Assembly (NCBI GenBank): GCA_950097015.1
Contig: CATNEN010000003.1
Span: 4,030,001 to 4,094,000, forward strand
Direction: 5' to 3'
From: Macrostomum hystrix
Taxonomy: Eukaryota > Animalia > Platyhelminthes
Length of the DNA: 64,000 bases
The notes under the pieces are model-generated. The model did not search any database. It saw nothing but the letters and a program-made list of their open reading frames with translations, and was not told where the DNA came from. This document shows positions 13,141 through 25,457 of this stretch, piece by piece (the stretch's first letter is position 1; every line of letters begins with the position of its first letter). The position numbers and the translations under genes are program-made.

Positions 13141-13865
13141 GTTCAAGGACCATTGTGTTCCAGTCCGCCACTTCACGCCGCCATTTGTCGTATCACCTGG
13201 TCCAATTAAATTAGTCACTATGCGCCCCTTCCTTCATCTCTGACCTGCAGCTTTGCTTCAGAAGCTCAAACCGATGAATATCTACGAGGACGACGCCACG
13301 AAGACTGGCAAGTCGAAGAAGACTGACGCAGCTGCGAAACCAGACCCTGTCGCAGCATCTTCACCTCATGGCAGAGCTTATTCTCGCCAGATTGCGGCCA
13401 GCTTTGCATTCGCGCCACCAGCCGTGCCAGTGGTGTTCAGCTGCGACCAGGTGTGGAACCTGACTGGCCGGAAATGATTGACAGGAATCGGTTTTCAAGA
13501 CTGCCAACACCTCTGGGAAGTTTGAAACTGTCATGAATCGGTTTTGAATTCTGCCTGATCCAATATCTTAGCCTTTCTCCTTTTAATAAGTAACTCACGC
13601 AGAGGCATGCAAGTAAAGCATGCAATAACTGAGGTGACATTATTCCATTATATTTACAGCTATAGTGCATCGCATGGTACCTGTGTGCAAACATTCGTTA
13701 TTTATACTGTCAAAATACTGTCATTTATTGCGTTCGCTTATCTGTATTCTGTAATAAAGTTGAGAAATATTCGTCTACTATTTCCTGCTGGGTGAACATT
13801 AGCAACGGTAAATAGGATGGGTCTATGAATTTCCTGACAGAAATTGACACGAATTTGACACGAAA

Positions 13866-14018
13866 GGCAAGCAAACTTTAGCAAGCAAACTTTGGCAAGC
13901 AAGCTTTGGCAAGCAAACTTTTGGCAAGCAAACTTTGGCAAGCAAACTTTGGCAAGCAAACTTTGGCAAGCAAACTTTGGCAAGCAAACTTTGGCAAGCT
14001 AACTTCGGCAAGCAAGCA
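13866..14018. repeat. 14-bp tandem repeat (GGCAAGCAAACTTT)
   Basis: About 11 units. Confidence 0.9.
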
Positions 14019-14445
14019 GACGTCGTACTCCCAATCGAGTCAAAGACAGAAATAGTTTTACCAAGTGCTGAGCTTTGAGCTCCCGACCAACTCTCGGTAA
14101 GAAGGTCAGTTCTAACCAGTGAGCTGTGCCTCGACTTACGAGCGTACAAGAATTTTTCACAAAAGTAGAAAACAACTCATATCACTTGATTGTACATTCA
14201 ACAATCGACGTACTTATGTTTGAAACAGCAGTGCAGTTTTTTAAAGTACAGAATAAAGTGTCTTAAAAGTAAAAAAGCATGAAAATGCAAACAACATACA
14301 AACAAACATTTCATGCATACAGCCCATCATGTTGATCCAACTGCATTCAAATTCTGCAGCAGAAGTATGAGAGAAGGGATGGAGTGGAGTTGCTAATCTG
14401 GCTAAGCTAGTTTTTACCCGAGAGAACTTTTACCCTAGACACTTA

Positions 14446-14817
14446 ATAATAATAATAATAATAATTGCAGGAGGGCTGCGGGCAGTGGCTCATAATTTAG
14501 TGACACTTGACCCGCAGCCAGCGAGGAGGCAATTCTGCCCATTTCGCTGACTCCTGAGCACACACGCACACAGATACTGTACGCAGGCATTCGCTCACAC
14601 TGGTGTGTACATCTGCCCTGACTTTTTCATCGTCAGGCAGTGTACACTTTCACTGTGCCTTGGAGGTTGGCCCTCAAGGGCGTAAATTGCACGACAAGCC
14701 CTCAAGCCTTCTCTCCGCGGCTGCTCCCCAAATAAATGTGGCCTCGCCGTGGAATCGAACTTAGGGACCTTGGTGCAAGAGGCAAACGCGATAACCGCTC
14801 TGCCACCGACCCCCCCT
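14446..14817 (-). mobile_element. tRNA-derived SINE, family 1, full-length with target-site duplication
   Basis: Minus strand head has A box TGGCAGAGCGG and B box GTTCGATTCC; (TTA)n tail at about 14446-14464; 13-bp TSD CCCTAGACACTTA at 14433-14445 and 14818-14830. Confidence 0.85.
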
Positions 14818-15265
14818 CCCTAGACACTTAGATTTTCATTCCTTCCCTGTACTGTGAATTAATGACCGGAATGAGAATCATTTTGTCTATGGCAATCAGC
14901 AGCCACTTAAAGGACACGTGAAAGGGAACTCTATGCAACACCAGCATCAATCATGCCAGCCCAAAACTACAAGCGAATCTCGTATAATGACAGGCGCCTG
15001 CTTGCTGCTCATCAGACAGGTGAGAACTACCAGACTGTGGCAAGACAACTAGTAGGGATATCAAGATCGCCGGCCAACTCCATCGTGCAGTCTGGGGTAA
15101 AAGTTGTTTTGGGTAAATACAAGCTTAGCCAGATTAGCAACTCCACCCCATTACTTCTCTCATTCTTCTGCTGCCGAATTTGCTTGCAGTTCGTCGAATT
15201 TGAATGCAGTTGGATCAATATGATGGGCTTTTGCCATAGAAATTTTTGTATCTGGTTGAGCTGAT

Positions 15266-15460
15266 GCCTAACTTGAATGCAGTTCGCCTAACTTGAATGC
15301 AGTTCGCCTAACTTGAATGCAGTTCGCCTAACTTGAATGCAGTTCGCCTAACTTGAATGCAGTTCGCCTAACTTGAATGCAGTTCGCCTAACTTGAATGC
15401 AGTTCGCCTAACTTGAATGCAGTTCGCCTAACTTGAATGCAGTTTGCCTAACTTGCCTAA
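15266..15460. repeat. 20-bp tandem repeat (GCCTAACTTGAATGCAGTTC)
   Basis: About 9 units; a second array of the same unit lies at 24770-24932. Confidence 0.9.
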
Positions 15461-15554
15461 CTCACGCTAACAGCATAGACATGTAAAAAACATGTATGGA
15501 CATGTAACAGCAGTTCAGTACATGGACTGTAGGTAGGCCGATACATTCCGAGAT

Positions 15555-15720
15555 GTCTACCTCAGCTGATTAAGGAGCTGAGTAAGATCTTTCTTATAGA
15601 CTAAATCTTGCTCAAGGACACAAATCCTTTCTTTTAGGCTGAGATTTGAACTCACGACCTCTTATTTGGAAGCACGAAGCTTTCGCGCACGAACACGAAC
15701 ACGAAACAACTGGCCTACAA
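15555..15720 (-). mobile_element. tRNA-derived SINE relic, family 2
   Basis: Minus strand GAGGTCGTGAGTTCAAATC (B box), then GTGTCCTTGAGCAAGA and TACTCAGCT, as in the SINE at 46340-46506. Confidence 0.5.
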
Positions 15721-17537
15721 GCTGACCACTATCAATAAATAATATTTAATACAACACATAAAGTTAGGGCACTCTTATTTAGAAGAGCATTCTACGGCTC
15801 GTATAGCAAGGGGCCCAGGACTGTAATAAGATTGTTCTAATTAATCTTGGATAACCAGGACTGTTCTAGATCATTTTCTCAACCCTATCCGCGCACATAT
15901 ATTTGCTTCTCGATTCACATACACTAAGGTATGACAGGGAATGCTATGCATATTGGCTTCAGTACGTGTTTCCAAATCTATTTTCCAGCTGTATGTACAC
16001 GTATGCGCATGTAAAGGTTTTATTCAGTCCTTGCTGTACAATGCTTCAGTGCAAAGTCAGCGCTTCTGCTTAAAAGTTCCGCGTTGGGAGAAGAAGGAAC
16101 TACAAAATCCAAGAAGAACAATGGATTTTGGACCGAAATTCGCAACAACTCATGATTAACATCGCCAGAAAATTTGCAAAATAAAAGAAACTTCAGGCAA
16201 GCCTCCATGACTAAGCAACTCAAAAAGCTGCAAGTTGCATGCGTACTTTTTGCAGCAATGTCATCACTATTCTCGTAAGTTCCACTTTGGAAAAACTTTG
16301 GAAATACAGCTTCAAGTAACTATTACTGCAAATTACAAGTCGTTGTCCATAAAGTATCAGTAGAAGACAAAGGATCGACTCACTGCCTGTCTGCTCACTG
16401 AAACCCATGTTCAAACGAATGGTATTCAAAATAAAGTACAAGCATGAGTTCTGGAAGCAATGTGTAAGATTTTAGCATCACAAAATGCAAAATGTGCAGA
16501 ATCGAGGCGGCGAACCACTTCTGCATACACGACAGCACGAAGGCCTTCTCCATGAACGCTGACACGGACCAGACTGAGACACTGTTGACCAGCCACGGAG
16601 ATATGGAGCTCCACGTGCCGCGGCAGCGCTGCTTGTGGGAGGTGATGATCCACCGCATGACGGAGCCGCTGCAGCTGGTGCTGAGTCTGCGCCGAGGCCG
16701 ACTGTGGCAGGAGGCAGCGAACGCGACCGGCTGCCCGTGGGAGCTGAGTGTGGCTCTGTAGGGTGAGCGGACTGTTGCACGACTGTGTCCTTCACCATTG
16801 AATGAGCAAATCAGTCACGCAAAGCAGATCCCTCCTCACTCCAGGATCTGGATTCCACAGAGAGTGGAGAGACGGCTCATCGTTACCGAAGGCCCCTCTG
16901 ATTGTGCCAGTGTATGAAAGGTGAGCTCGATACTCTGAGTGTTTCTAGAATATCCAGTCGCACACGAGAGATTCGCGAGTCATTGAGAATGCACCGAACT
17001 GGCTGCAGCTCGCAGCAGCTCATCGTCAGGTTCTCGACCGGAGATCTCCAGTCTGAGGCGGTCTGCGGTCGCATCGAACTGACCATCGGCGTCGCCAAGA
17101 AGGGATACTGCGGCAGGAACATGCTGCTGCATCGACATCGCTGCCTCTTTGTCTCCGACGAGAAGCTAAAGCTGTCAGACCTGACTGGGACTGGAGCAGA
17201 GCTCGCTAGCATGTCCGGCATTGAGCAGCTGCGAGACCTTCTGAGCGACAGTGAGAGCTGAGTCGCAGCCTGTTTGTTCTTTCCTTCTGTCAGTTGAAAA
17301 GCCACATAGTCGATTTGCGACGCGATCATTTTAGATGAGAAGCGGAGAGCAAAGCACCCGTTCATCGCTCCCCTGGACCTGAGGGGCTCCACCAGAGTGG
17401 GGATTTTCCGCTGCACTGGCTCTAACTGGACATTTTACCTGAACTCCAGCAGCAATGGTTGTGCGGCGGCGCCGTTCTTTCAGGAAGGACAGGAAGGCCA
17501 GCAGAACTCCAGGTCTGTGAATATAGCACCAAGAGAC

Positions 17538-18082
17538 GTGTTGTGTCTCGAGGGGCCAACTCAATTCGGTCCAGTAGGGGAAGTTGGGGCCACCCCCCTG
17601 GAGACAACGAGGTCTTCCAGCCACATGGCGACACAGGAGAACTTCTAATTCGCGGCTGAGTGGAACCGGGGAAGCGCGCGGGGAAGAGAGGAACGAGGAG
17701 AGAGAGAGAGAAGGAGAGATGCAAGAGGCCAGAGGGATGAGGTGGGTGAACAGGGTGAGCACAGAAAGAGAATACAGAGCTCTGCTTCCAGCCAGCTGCT
17801 CTGACCACGCAAAACACAAGGCGAATCACTAGGGTTAGTCGCTGTCTCACCGCACAGCTCGCGGCCCGTCAATCTGACAGGGCCGGTCTCTGTCCAGGGT
17901 TTATTGCAGGAGGCCGCACAAGGATTTACCAGCGGGGCCGCCGGAGTCACGCGGCACGCAGACAGGCAGAACGCGGAAGCGCAGGGACGCGGAACGCAGA
18001 AAACGCGAAAACGCTACGTTAGGGAAGAGGAAAAAACTCGAGTCGGGAAAAGGGGAAACTTCGGCGTCGCTCCGCCGACAAC
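17538..18082. mobile_element. LTR-like insertion in intron 5 of paralogue 2
   Basis: GC-rich block starting TGTTGTG and ending ACAACA, beginning where similarity to paralogues 1 and 3 stops. No TSD seen. Confidence 0.4.
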
Positions 18083-18578
18083 ACTGCACAGTTGGCTCTC
18101 ATTTCGCTTGTTGGCTCACTAGTCCATACGATGCACCCGCCACAAAGGGGAACGGCAGAGGACTGTAAAGCCCCCTAAAAAGCCAGGGTTAGCAGACATG
18201 CACACACACGGGGCAAGCAACCAGAATGTGCAATAATCTGTGTCAATAACCAATCTGTAATTATCATAGCAATAACCAATGGGCAATGATCAGAGAACAA
18301 TAGCCGATGCGAAGTAAACAATGTGCAATAAGTCTAAAATAACGAAGTAGCGAGCGATATATACGAGCTATATATATGACGAGCGATTTGGATTTCAGGA
18401 ATTCCCGTAAAGTGTGCAGGCTGATTGTCTGCCTGTGTGTATTTTTATTTAGCAAATTAGGAAGAATGACTTGATCGATAATATTATTTATTCGTTTGGT
18501 ATTCGCATGTCCTACCTACTCTGATAATAGTGGAAGTAAGGGAAAATATTTGTTAAATATATATTGAATATGTTTAGG

Positions 18579-19345
18579 TGATGTCATCTTCTATGCACTA
18601 CTTAAGGCGGCAGTATAAGTGTTTTTATACCATGTTTATTTAGTAAACGATTTATTTATTCCAAGCAATCCGACATCTCCCCCTAAAGTTAGAGTCAGTT
18701 AGCTCAGAATGACAAAATCGTTTTAGTCACAATTGTAGTCGCTCAGGTGGCTGTCTCCGCGGCGCTGCGGGCAATGACGGGTCGTTGTGGTCGCCTGGCC
18801 AACGGCAACGTCTGCAGTGGCGACCAACTCGACGCCTTCCTCGCCGTGCCTTTCGGGTGGCGCTGGTGGCTGTTCGAGGACTTCAGGAGCAGCCTCCGGC
18901 AGTGAGCTTTCCAGCAGCTGATCCGTGTGCCGCCTTTGGGTGGCGTCGCCGACGTCAACTTCGAAGTTGCAAACGCTGCGAAGTCACGATGGTGCCTTGA
19001 GTCCAGACTTAAGAACGAAGACTTGCATCGACTCCAGGTCTCCGAGCAGCGAGTCGAGCGTGCGCTGGAACACGGCGCTGGCACAGTTGACGCCGAATGG
19101 CATGCGGTTCAACTGGTACAAGCCTCGTTGCGTGTTGATGGTCAAGAAGGCCTTGCTGTCCTCAGACAAAGGCAGCTGTAGGCAGGTATTTGACATGTCC
19201 AGCTTGGACCATTTGCAGTCGCCGCCTAGCTTGGCGAACAGGTCCTCGATGCACGGCAGCAGGTATAGCTCTGGCCAGGCCTCAGCGTTGTAGGTCAGCT
19301 TGTAGTCGCCGCATATACCTGCACCACGCCGTTCTTCTTAACGAC
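18579..19345 (-). mobile_element. Internally deleted Gypsy LTR retrotransposon fragment
   Basis: RT motifs CGDYK, SKLDMSNTCLQLPL, INTQRGLYQLNRMPFGVNCASAVFQR. Polypurine tract (plus-strand TCTCCCCCT, 18676-18684) adjoins a TGT-starting LTR-like end at 18675. Confidence 0.8.
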
Positions 19346-19349
19346 CGTT

Positions 19350-19920
19350 AATGTGCAATAACCAATGTGCGATAAACAATGTGCAATAACCAATGTGCAA
19401 TAACCAATGTGAAATAACCAATGTGCAATAACTAATGTGCAATAACCAATGTGCAAATAACCAATGTGCAATAAGCAATGTGCAATAACCAATGTGCAAT
19501 AGCCAATGTGCAATAACCAATGTGCAATAACCAATGTGCAATAACCAATGTGCGATAAACAATGTGCAATAACCAATGTGCAATAACCAATGTGCAATAA
19601 CCAATGTGCAATAACCAATGTGCAATAACCAATGTGCAATAACCAATGTGCAATAACCAATGTGCAATAACCAATGTGCAATAACCAATGTGCAATAACC
19701 AATGTGCAATAAACAATGTGCAATAACCAATGTGCAATAACCAATGTGCAATAACCAATGTGCAATAAACAATGTGCAATAACCAATGTGCAATAACCAA
19801 TGTGCAATAACCAATGTGCAATAACCAATGTGCAATAACCAATGTGCAATAACCAATGTGCAATAACCAATGTGCAATAACCAATGTGCAATAACCAATG
19901 TGCAATAACCAATGTGTAAT
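19350..19920. repeat. 14-bp minisatellite (AATGTGCAATAACC)
   Basis: About 40 tandem units in intron 5 of paralogue 2; degenerate units also at about 18225-18330. Confidence 0.95.
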
Positions 19921-20474
19921 AGCCTATGTGCAAAAAGATGTGGCAAATGTATGTAAGAAAGCGGCGGTCGAACAAATCGGATCATTATGTTTTGAAGGGG
20001 GTTAATTTTTTTGCGAGTGTCATTGCCGTGCTAAGCAGAGCCCCGTCACCTCCAGGGTCGAGTCCCCAGGTGCAAAGTGCGGCTTCCTGCAACAATTGAT
20101 CATCGGACGGCCTGTCCTGACTTTCGCAGACTGCGTCATGCCAGCTAGATTGCTGCTCACCTTCGACGAGACACCCAGAGCTGATTGGAGCAGAACGAGT
20201 TCAGTCTGCCCGGAAACAAGTCTGCTTGAGACCAGCTGTGAATCGAAACAGCAAGACACACCCATGTGGATTTTCGTACTGTCGGTGTCATTTGTTCTCT
20301 TTTTATTGGTCCTTATTATTTCGTTAATTGTTTTACGACTCAAACGTTCTCATAGTACACGAGCTCCTGAGCAGAGGTGTGCAGAGGCATCTAGAGATAG
20401 TGAAGGCCGGAATTTAGAATATATTTCCGTTTCCCCTTCTGAGCCAGCATGCTCACCGAATCCAGCAGACACAC

Positions 20475-20720
20475 AATCTGCTGAAACCAAGAATCGATCG
20501 AAACGCAGATTCTTCCAAAACGCAGAATCTGCTGAAACCCAGAATCGGTCGAAATGCAGATTCCGCTAAAAGTTTGAATCTGCTGAAACCTAGAATCTGT
20601 CGAAATGCTGATTCCGCTAAAAGGCAGAATATACTGAAACCCAGAATCGGTCGACATGCAGATTCCACTAAAAGGCAGAATTTTCTGTAACACAAAATCT
20701 GCTGAAACGCAGAATCAGCC
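20475..20720 (+). repeat. 51-bp tandem repeat overlapping the tail-coding region and 3' UTR of paralogue 2
   Basis: AATCTGCTGAAACC-like starts at 20475, 20526, 20577 and 20628. Confidence 0.8.
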
Positions 20721-21159
20721 GAAATGTACGTAGACTTCACTAAAATGCATAAACAGCTGACACAAGGTATCCAGTATTGAAAAGTAGAATCGGAGTAGAA
20801 AGTGTTGGGTTCCGCATAAACGTAGAATGCACGGAAATTCACACGTGATTGTGAAAATGATTATTTTACCCAGCAGTAACCAATTCTTACCCATGTGACA
20901 GACTCACTCGTTGGCAAAATACCTTTCTACATCAAAAGCTTTTGCCTTTAGTTTTTGTCTGTCTCTTTTTTACGAGCGATTATAGATTGGGCTAGTTCTT
21001 CAATATACGGGATTACATGCTTACCTCGTTTTGTATTTCTTTGACTCTACGCAATATCCCTATTTTTTCTAACGAATTCGCACCCGATTTCTTGGCCATC
21101 AAATTTCTCGCTTCATCACACAGACTCTGGATGGGTTTGCAACCCAGTCATTGCAGCTT

Positions 21160-22619
21160 CAGACTCGTCACTCAGAGGTCCTGGGTTCGATTCACAAAAG
21201 TGGAAACTGTTTGTGTCTTTAAGCTAAATAACCAGTCTTGATTCAGTTCACTCAGCTAAATTATCAGTCTTGATTCAGTTCACTCAGCTGAGTAATCAGT
21301 CTTGATTCAGTTCACTCAGCTGAGTAATCAGTCTTGATTCAGTTCACTCAGCTAAATTATCAGTCTTGATTCGGTTCACTCAGCTGAGTAATCAGTCTTG
21401 ATTCAGTTCACTCAGCTGAGTTATCAGTCTTGATTCAGTTCACTCAGCTGAGTTATCAGTCTTGATTCAGTTCACTCAGCTGAGTTATCAGTCTTGATTC
21501 AGTTCACTCAGCTAAATAATCAGTCTTGATTCAGTTCACTCAGCTGAATTATCAGTCTAGATTCAGTTCACTCAGCTGAATTATCAGTCTTGATTCAGTT
21601 CACTCAGCTGAATTATCAGTCTTGATTCAGTTCACTCAGCTAAATAATCAGTCTTGATTCAGTTCACTCAGCTGAAATATCAGTCTTGATTCAGTTCACT
21701 CAGCTGAATTATCAGTCTAGATTCAGTTCACTCAGCTGAATTATCAGTCTAGATTCAGTTCACTCAGCTAAATAATCAGTCTAGATTCAGTTCACTCAGC
21801 TAAATAATCAGTCTTGATTCAGTTCACTCAGCTGAATTATCAGTCTTGATTCAGTTCACTCAGCTGAGTTATCAGTCTTGATTCAGTTCACTCAGCTGAA
21901 TATTCAGTCTTGATTCAGTTCACTCAGCTGAATAATCAGTCTTGATTCAGTTCACTCAGCTAAATTATCAGTCTTGATTCAGTTCACTCAGCTGAAATAT
22001 CAGTCTTGATTCAGTTCACTCAGCTGAATAATCAGTCTTGATTCAGTTCACTCAGCTAAATTATCAGTCTTGATTCAGTTCACTCAGCTGAAATATCAGT
22101 CTTGATTCAGTTCACTCAGCTGAAATATCAGTCTTGATTCAGTTCACTCAGCTGAATAATCAGTCTTGATTCAGTTCACTCAGCTAAATAATCAGTCTTG
22201 ATTCAGTTCACTCAGCTAAATTATAAGTCTTGATTCGGTTCACTCAGCTGAGTAATCAGTCTTGATTCAGTTCACTCAGCTGAGTTATCAGTCTTGATTC
22301 AGTTCACTCAGCTGAGTTATCAGTCTTGATTCAGTTCACTCAGCTGAATAACCAGTCTTGATTCAGTTCACTCAGCTGAATAATAGTGTTGATTCAGTTC
22401 ACTCAGCTGAATTATCAGTCTTGATTCAGTTCACTCAGCTGAATATTCAGTCTTGATTCAGTTCACTCAGCTGAGTTATCAGTCTTGATTCAGTTCACTC
22501 AGCTGAGTTATCAGTCTTGATTCAGTTCACTCAGCTGAATATTCAGTCTTGATTTAGTTCACTCAGCTGAGTAATCAGTCTTGATTCAGTTCACTCAGCT
22601 GAATAATCAGTCTTGATTC
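21160..22619 (+). repeat. 32-bp minisatellite (TTATCAGTCTTGATTCAGTTCACTCAGCTGAG) preceded by a SINE head
   Basis: About 43 units from 21221; tRNA-like B box GGTTCGATTC at about 21184-21193 just upstream. Confidence 0.93.
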
Positions 22620-23806
22620 TTGCGTCATCATTTCAACCACTACGCTAATACTTTTCTATGTAATCTTTTATTAATTTAGGTCATATTATTGATACACCTT
22701 ATCCAAGAAACGGTTACGACTCTGTCAAAATCCTAATCGAACTGTTTAATACAAATCATTCATAATAGGGCTCATATACCTCAAAGCTCAAAGTGCTTTC
22801 TAAGAAAATGATTCACTGGTTTCATTGGCATCAATGAAACTGTCAATCACAAACGATTAGAATTTTGAGCAGAAATTTCGTCATTTTCAAGGAATTGTGT
22901 TCTAGCTTTTTGCGTCATCATTTCAACCACTACGCTAATACTTTTCTATGTAATCCAACTCATTTTTGTAAGTAAACTTTGAATTTTATCGCTTGTTGTT
23001 AATTTTTTAAACAGCTGCACAAATCTTCATGCTGCAATTATTATTAAAATTATACTTTTGTTCATTATTTTTTTTTATTTTCTGTGAGACTGCGAAAGTG
23101 ACGGCTGCATATTCTAGAAAAAATGACATGTTTTTAATATCAAATTCTGCGTCTTTTGTACGCACAGAAATGACGACTGCACATTGTATCAAATGAGTGC
23201 TGTGTATTATAATACGCTACATTTTGCAGATACATGTATTTTGCAACGAGCCTGTTTGCTCTACTCTACACAATATTCGCTGTAAAATGCTGTGAATTCA
23301 ATTTCATTTTATCAACTTTATTCTGTCCATTTACATGGATTTACCACTTTCTTAAAATTAACTTTTTGTACTTAATAAGTGTGACGACCTCGGCAGATCA
23401 TTTCAGTAAAAATCTGGGATTGTCTGAAAAATACTTCAAATTGGATCATTAAATGAAGTCAAATCATTAAATCACAGACATTCTTTTTTTACTTCTGGCA
23501 TACGTGCCGGATATCTACGAGTATATATCGAAAGTACCTTGTAATTTACTATTTTTGTGCCTTTTGTTCGAAACACGGATGCAATGCAAATCCTAGCAAA
23601 TATACACGTAGTGCATTGGCGTAAGACTTGATTGAAATTGACCAGGGCCAAAGAAATCATTTTTCCTGCGCAAATGAAAGTGCAACAGTCATTTTTGTTG
23701 TGTCAAAGCTTAAATTGATTCGAATCTCATAAGGATACACACTCGTCATTTTTTTCAATTTGTGCAATGTCATATTTCGTATATTCGTCATAAACGGATC
23801 CCTATA

Positions 23807-24218
23807 GTTAGAGTCAGTTAGCTCAGAATGACAAAATCGTTTTAGTCACAATTGTAGTCGCTCAGGTGGCTGTCTCCGCGGCGCTGCGGGCAATGACGGG
23901 TCGTTGTGGTCGCCTGGCCAACGGCAACGGCTGCAGTGGCGACCAACTCGACGCCTTCCTCGCCGTGCCTTTCGGGTGGCGCTGGTGGCTGTTCGAGGAC
24001 TTCAGGAGCAGCCTCCGGCAGTGAGCTTTCCAGCATCTGATCCGTGTGCCGCCTTTGGGTGGCGTCGCCGACGTCAACTTCGAAGTTTCAAACGCTGCGA
24101 AGTCACGATGGTGCCTTCAGTCCAGACTTAAGAACGAAGACTTGCATCGACTCCAGGTCTCCGAGCAGCGAGTCGAGCGTGCGCTGGAACACGGCGCTGG
24201 CACAGTTGACGCTGAATG
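23807..24218 (-). mobile_element. Duplicate of the Gypsy fragment at 18688-19099
   Basis: Near-identical sequence that includes the same internal deletion junction. Confidence 0.85.
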
Positions 24219-24769
24219 GCGCCGAAAGACTGCCGTCAATATTGGGGTGTTTGACGCATTATTTCTGGGATCTGAGAAACTACCAGTTCAAGTAGCATTG
24301 CTTTTGTCGCTCTATGTGGAACAGTGGACATGCAAAACGGAATGGCCCATAAAATTCTATGGCCAAGCGTTTGAACTCACACGAGAAAGTATGCCATAGA
24401 CAACTCAATTTGTCATGTGGAACGACAAGCCAGAATCGAGGGAACGATTTTTTAGTTCGTTTTTGCAGAAAGAAAGCAGAAACAGATCATTTTTCAGAGT
24501 TGCATTCAAATAAATCGTATTATAAGTCAGAAATTAAAGCATCCAGAATTTAAAATAATTCAAGCCCTTAAACAGATGTCGCTGCAAACACAATCCAAAC
24601 CACAGATATAGCAAGGGGCACAGGACTGTAATAAGATTGTTCTAATCAATATTAGATAACCAGGACTGCTCTAGATCATTTTTTAATTCCTATCCGCGCA
24701 CATATATTTGCTTCTCGATTCACATACACTAAGGTATGACAGGGAATGCTATGCATATTGGCTTCAGTA

Positions 24770-24932
24770 CGCAGTTCGCCTAACTTGAATGCAGTTTGCC
24801 TAACTTGAATACAGTTTGCCTAACTTGAATGCAGTTTGCCTAACTTGAATACAGATTGCCTAACTTGAATGCAGTTCGCCTAACTTGAATGCAGTTCGCC
24901 TAACTTGAATACAGTTTGCCTAACTTGCCTAA
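24770..24932. repeat. 20-bp tandem repeat (second array)
   Basis: Same unit and same 3' flank as 15266-15460. Confidence 0.9.
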
Positions 24933-25457
24933 CTCACGCTAACAGCATAGACATGTAAAAAAACATGTATGGACATGTAACAGCAGTTCAGTACATGGAC
25001 TGTAGGTAGGCAGATACATGCCGAGATGTCTACCTCAGCTGTTTAAGGAGCTTAAACAGCTGAAACAATCCATAAGAACAATGGATTTTGGACCGAAATT
25101 CGCAACAACTCATGATTAACATCGCCAGAAAACTTGCAAAATAAAAGAAACTTCAGGCAAGCCTCCATGACTAAGCAACTCAAAAAGCTGCAAGTTGCAT
25201 GCGCACTTTTTGCAGCAATGTCATTACTTTTCTCGTAAGTTCCACTTTGGAAAAACTTTGGAAATACAGCTTCAAGTAACTATTACTGCAAATTACAAGT
25301 CGTTGTCCATAAAGAATCAGTAGAAGACAAAGGATCGACTCACTGACTGTCTGCTCACTGAAACCCATGTTCAAACGAATCCTCAATGAAAATAAAGTAC
25401 AAGCATGAGTTCTGGTGGCAATGTGTAAGAGTTAAGCAAAAAAATGTAAAGTTGCAG

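Larger units (their letters stand above)
16500..20569 (+). pseudogene. Paralogue 2 (last exon type B, ITIM-consensus tail) with a premature stop in exon 2
   Basis: Exons 16500-16762, 16845-16920, 17009-17250, 17335-17512, 20056-20569. CAG>TAG nonsense codon at 16759-16761. TM WIFVLSVSFVLFLLVLIISLIVL; tail contains LEYISV. First exon unresolved (candidates near 12806-12834 and 15941-15990). Confidence 0.75.

Noticed and set aside
14600-14650. Hammerhead ribozyme (CTGACGA...GAAA on the minus strand of the SINE)
   Set aside because: Only 3 nt separate the motifs so stem II cannot form, GAAA-type spacing is not conserved, and CTGAC simply pairs with GTCAG in a hairpin.
14740-14815. Functional tRNA genes here and at about 21170 and 46350
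   Set aside because: A/B boxes are present but there is no clean cloverleaf, and each continues into a SINE body.
21221-22619. CRISPR-like array (32-33 bp repeats here and at 8.1-9.9 kb)
   Set aside because: Units are head-to-tail with no unique spacers, there are no cas genes, and the context is eukaryotic.
23234-23300. Signal-peptide exon for paralogue 3 (MYFATSLFALLYTIFA)
   Set aside because: The nearby donors are phase 0 or 1, not the phase 2 needed to join exon 2 at 25458.
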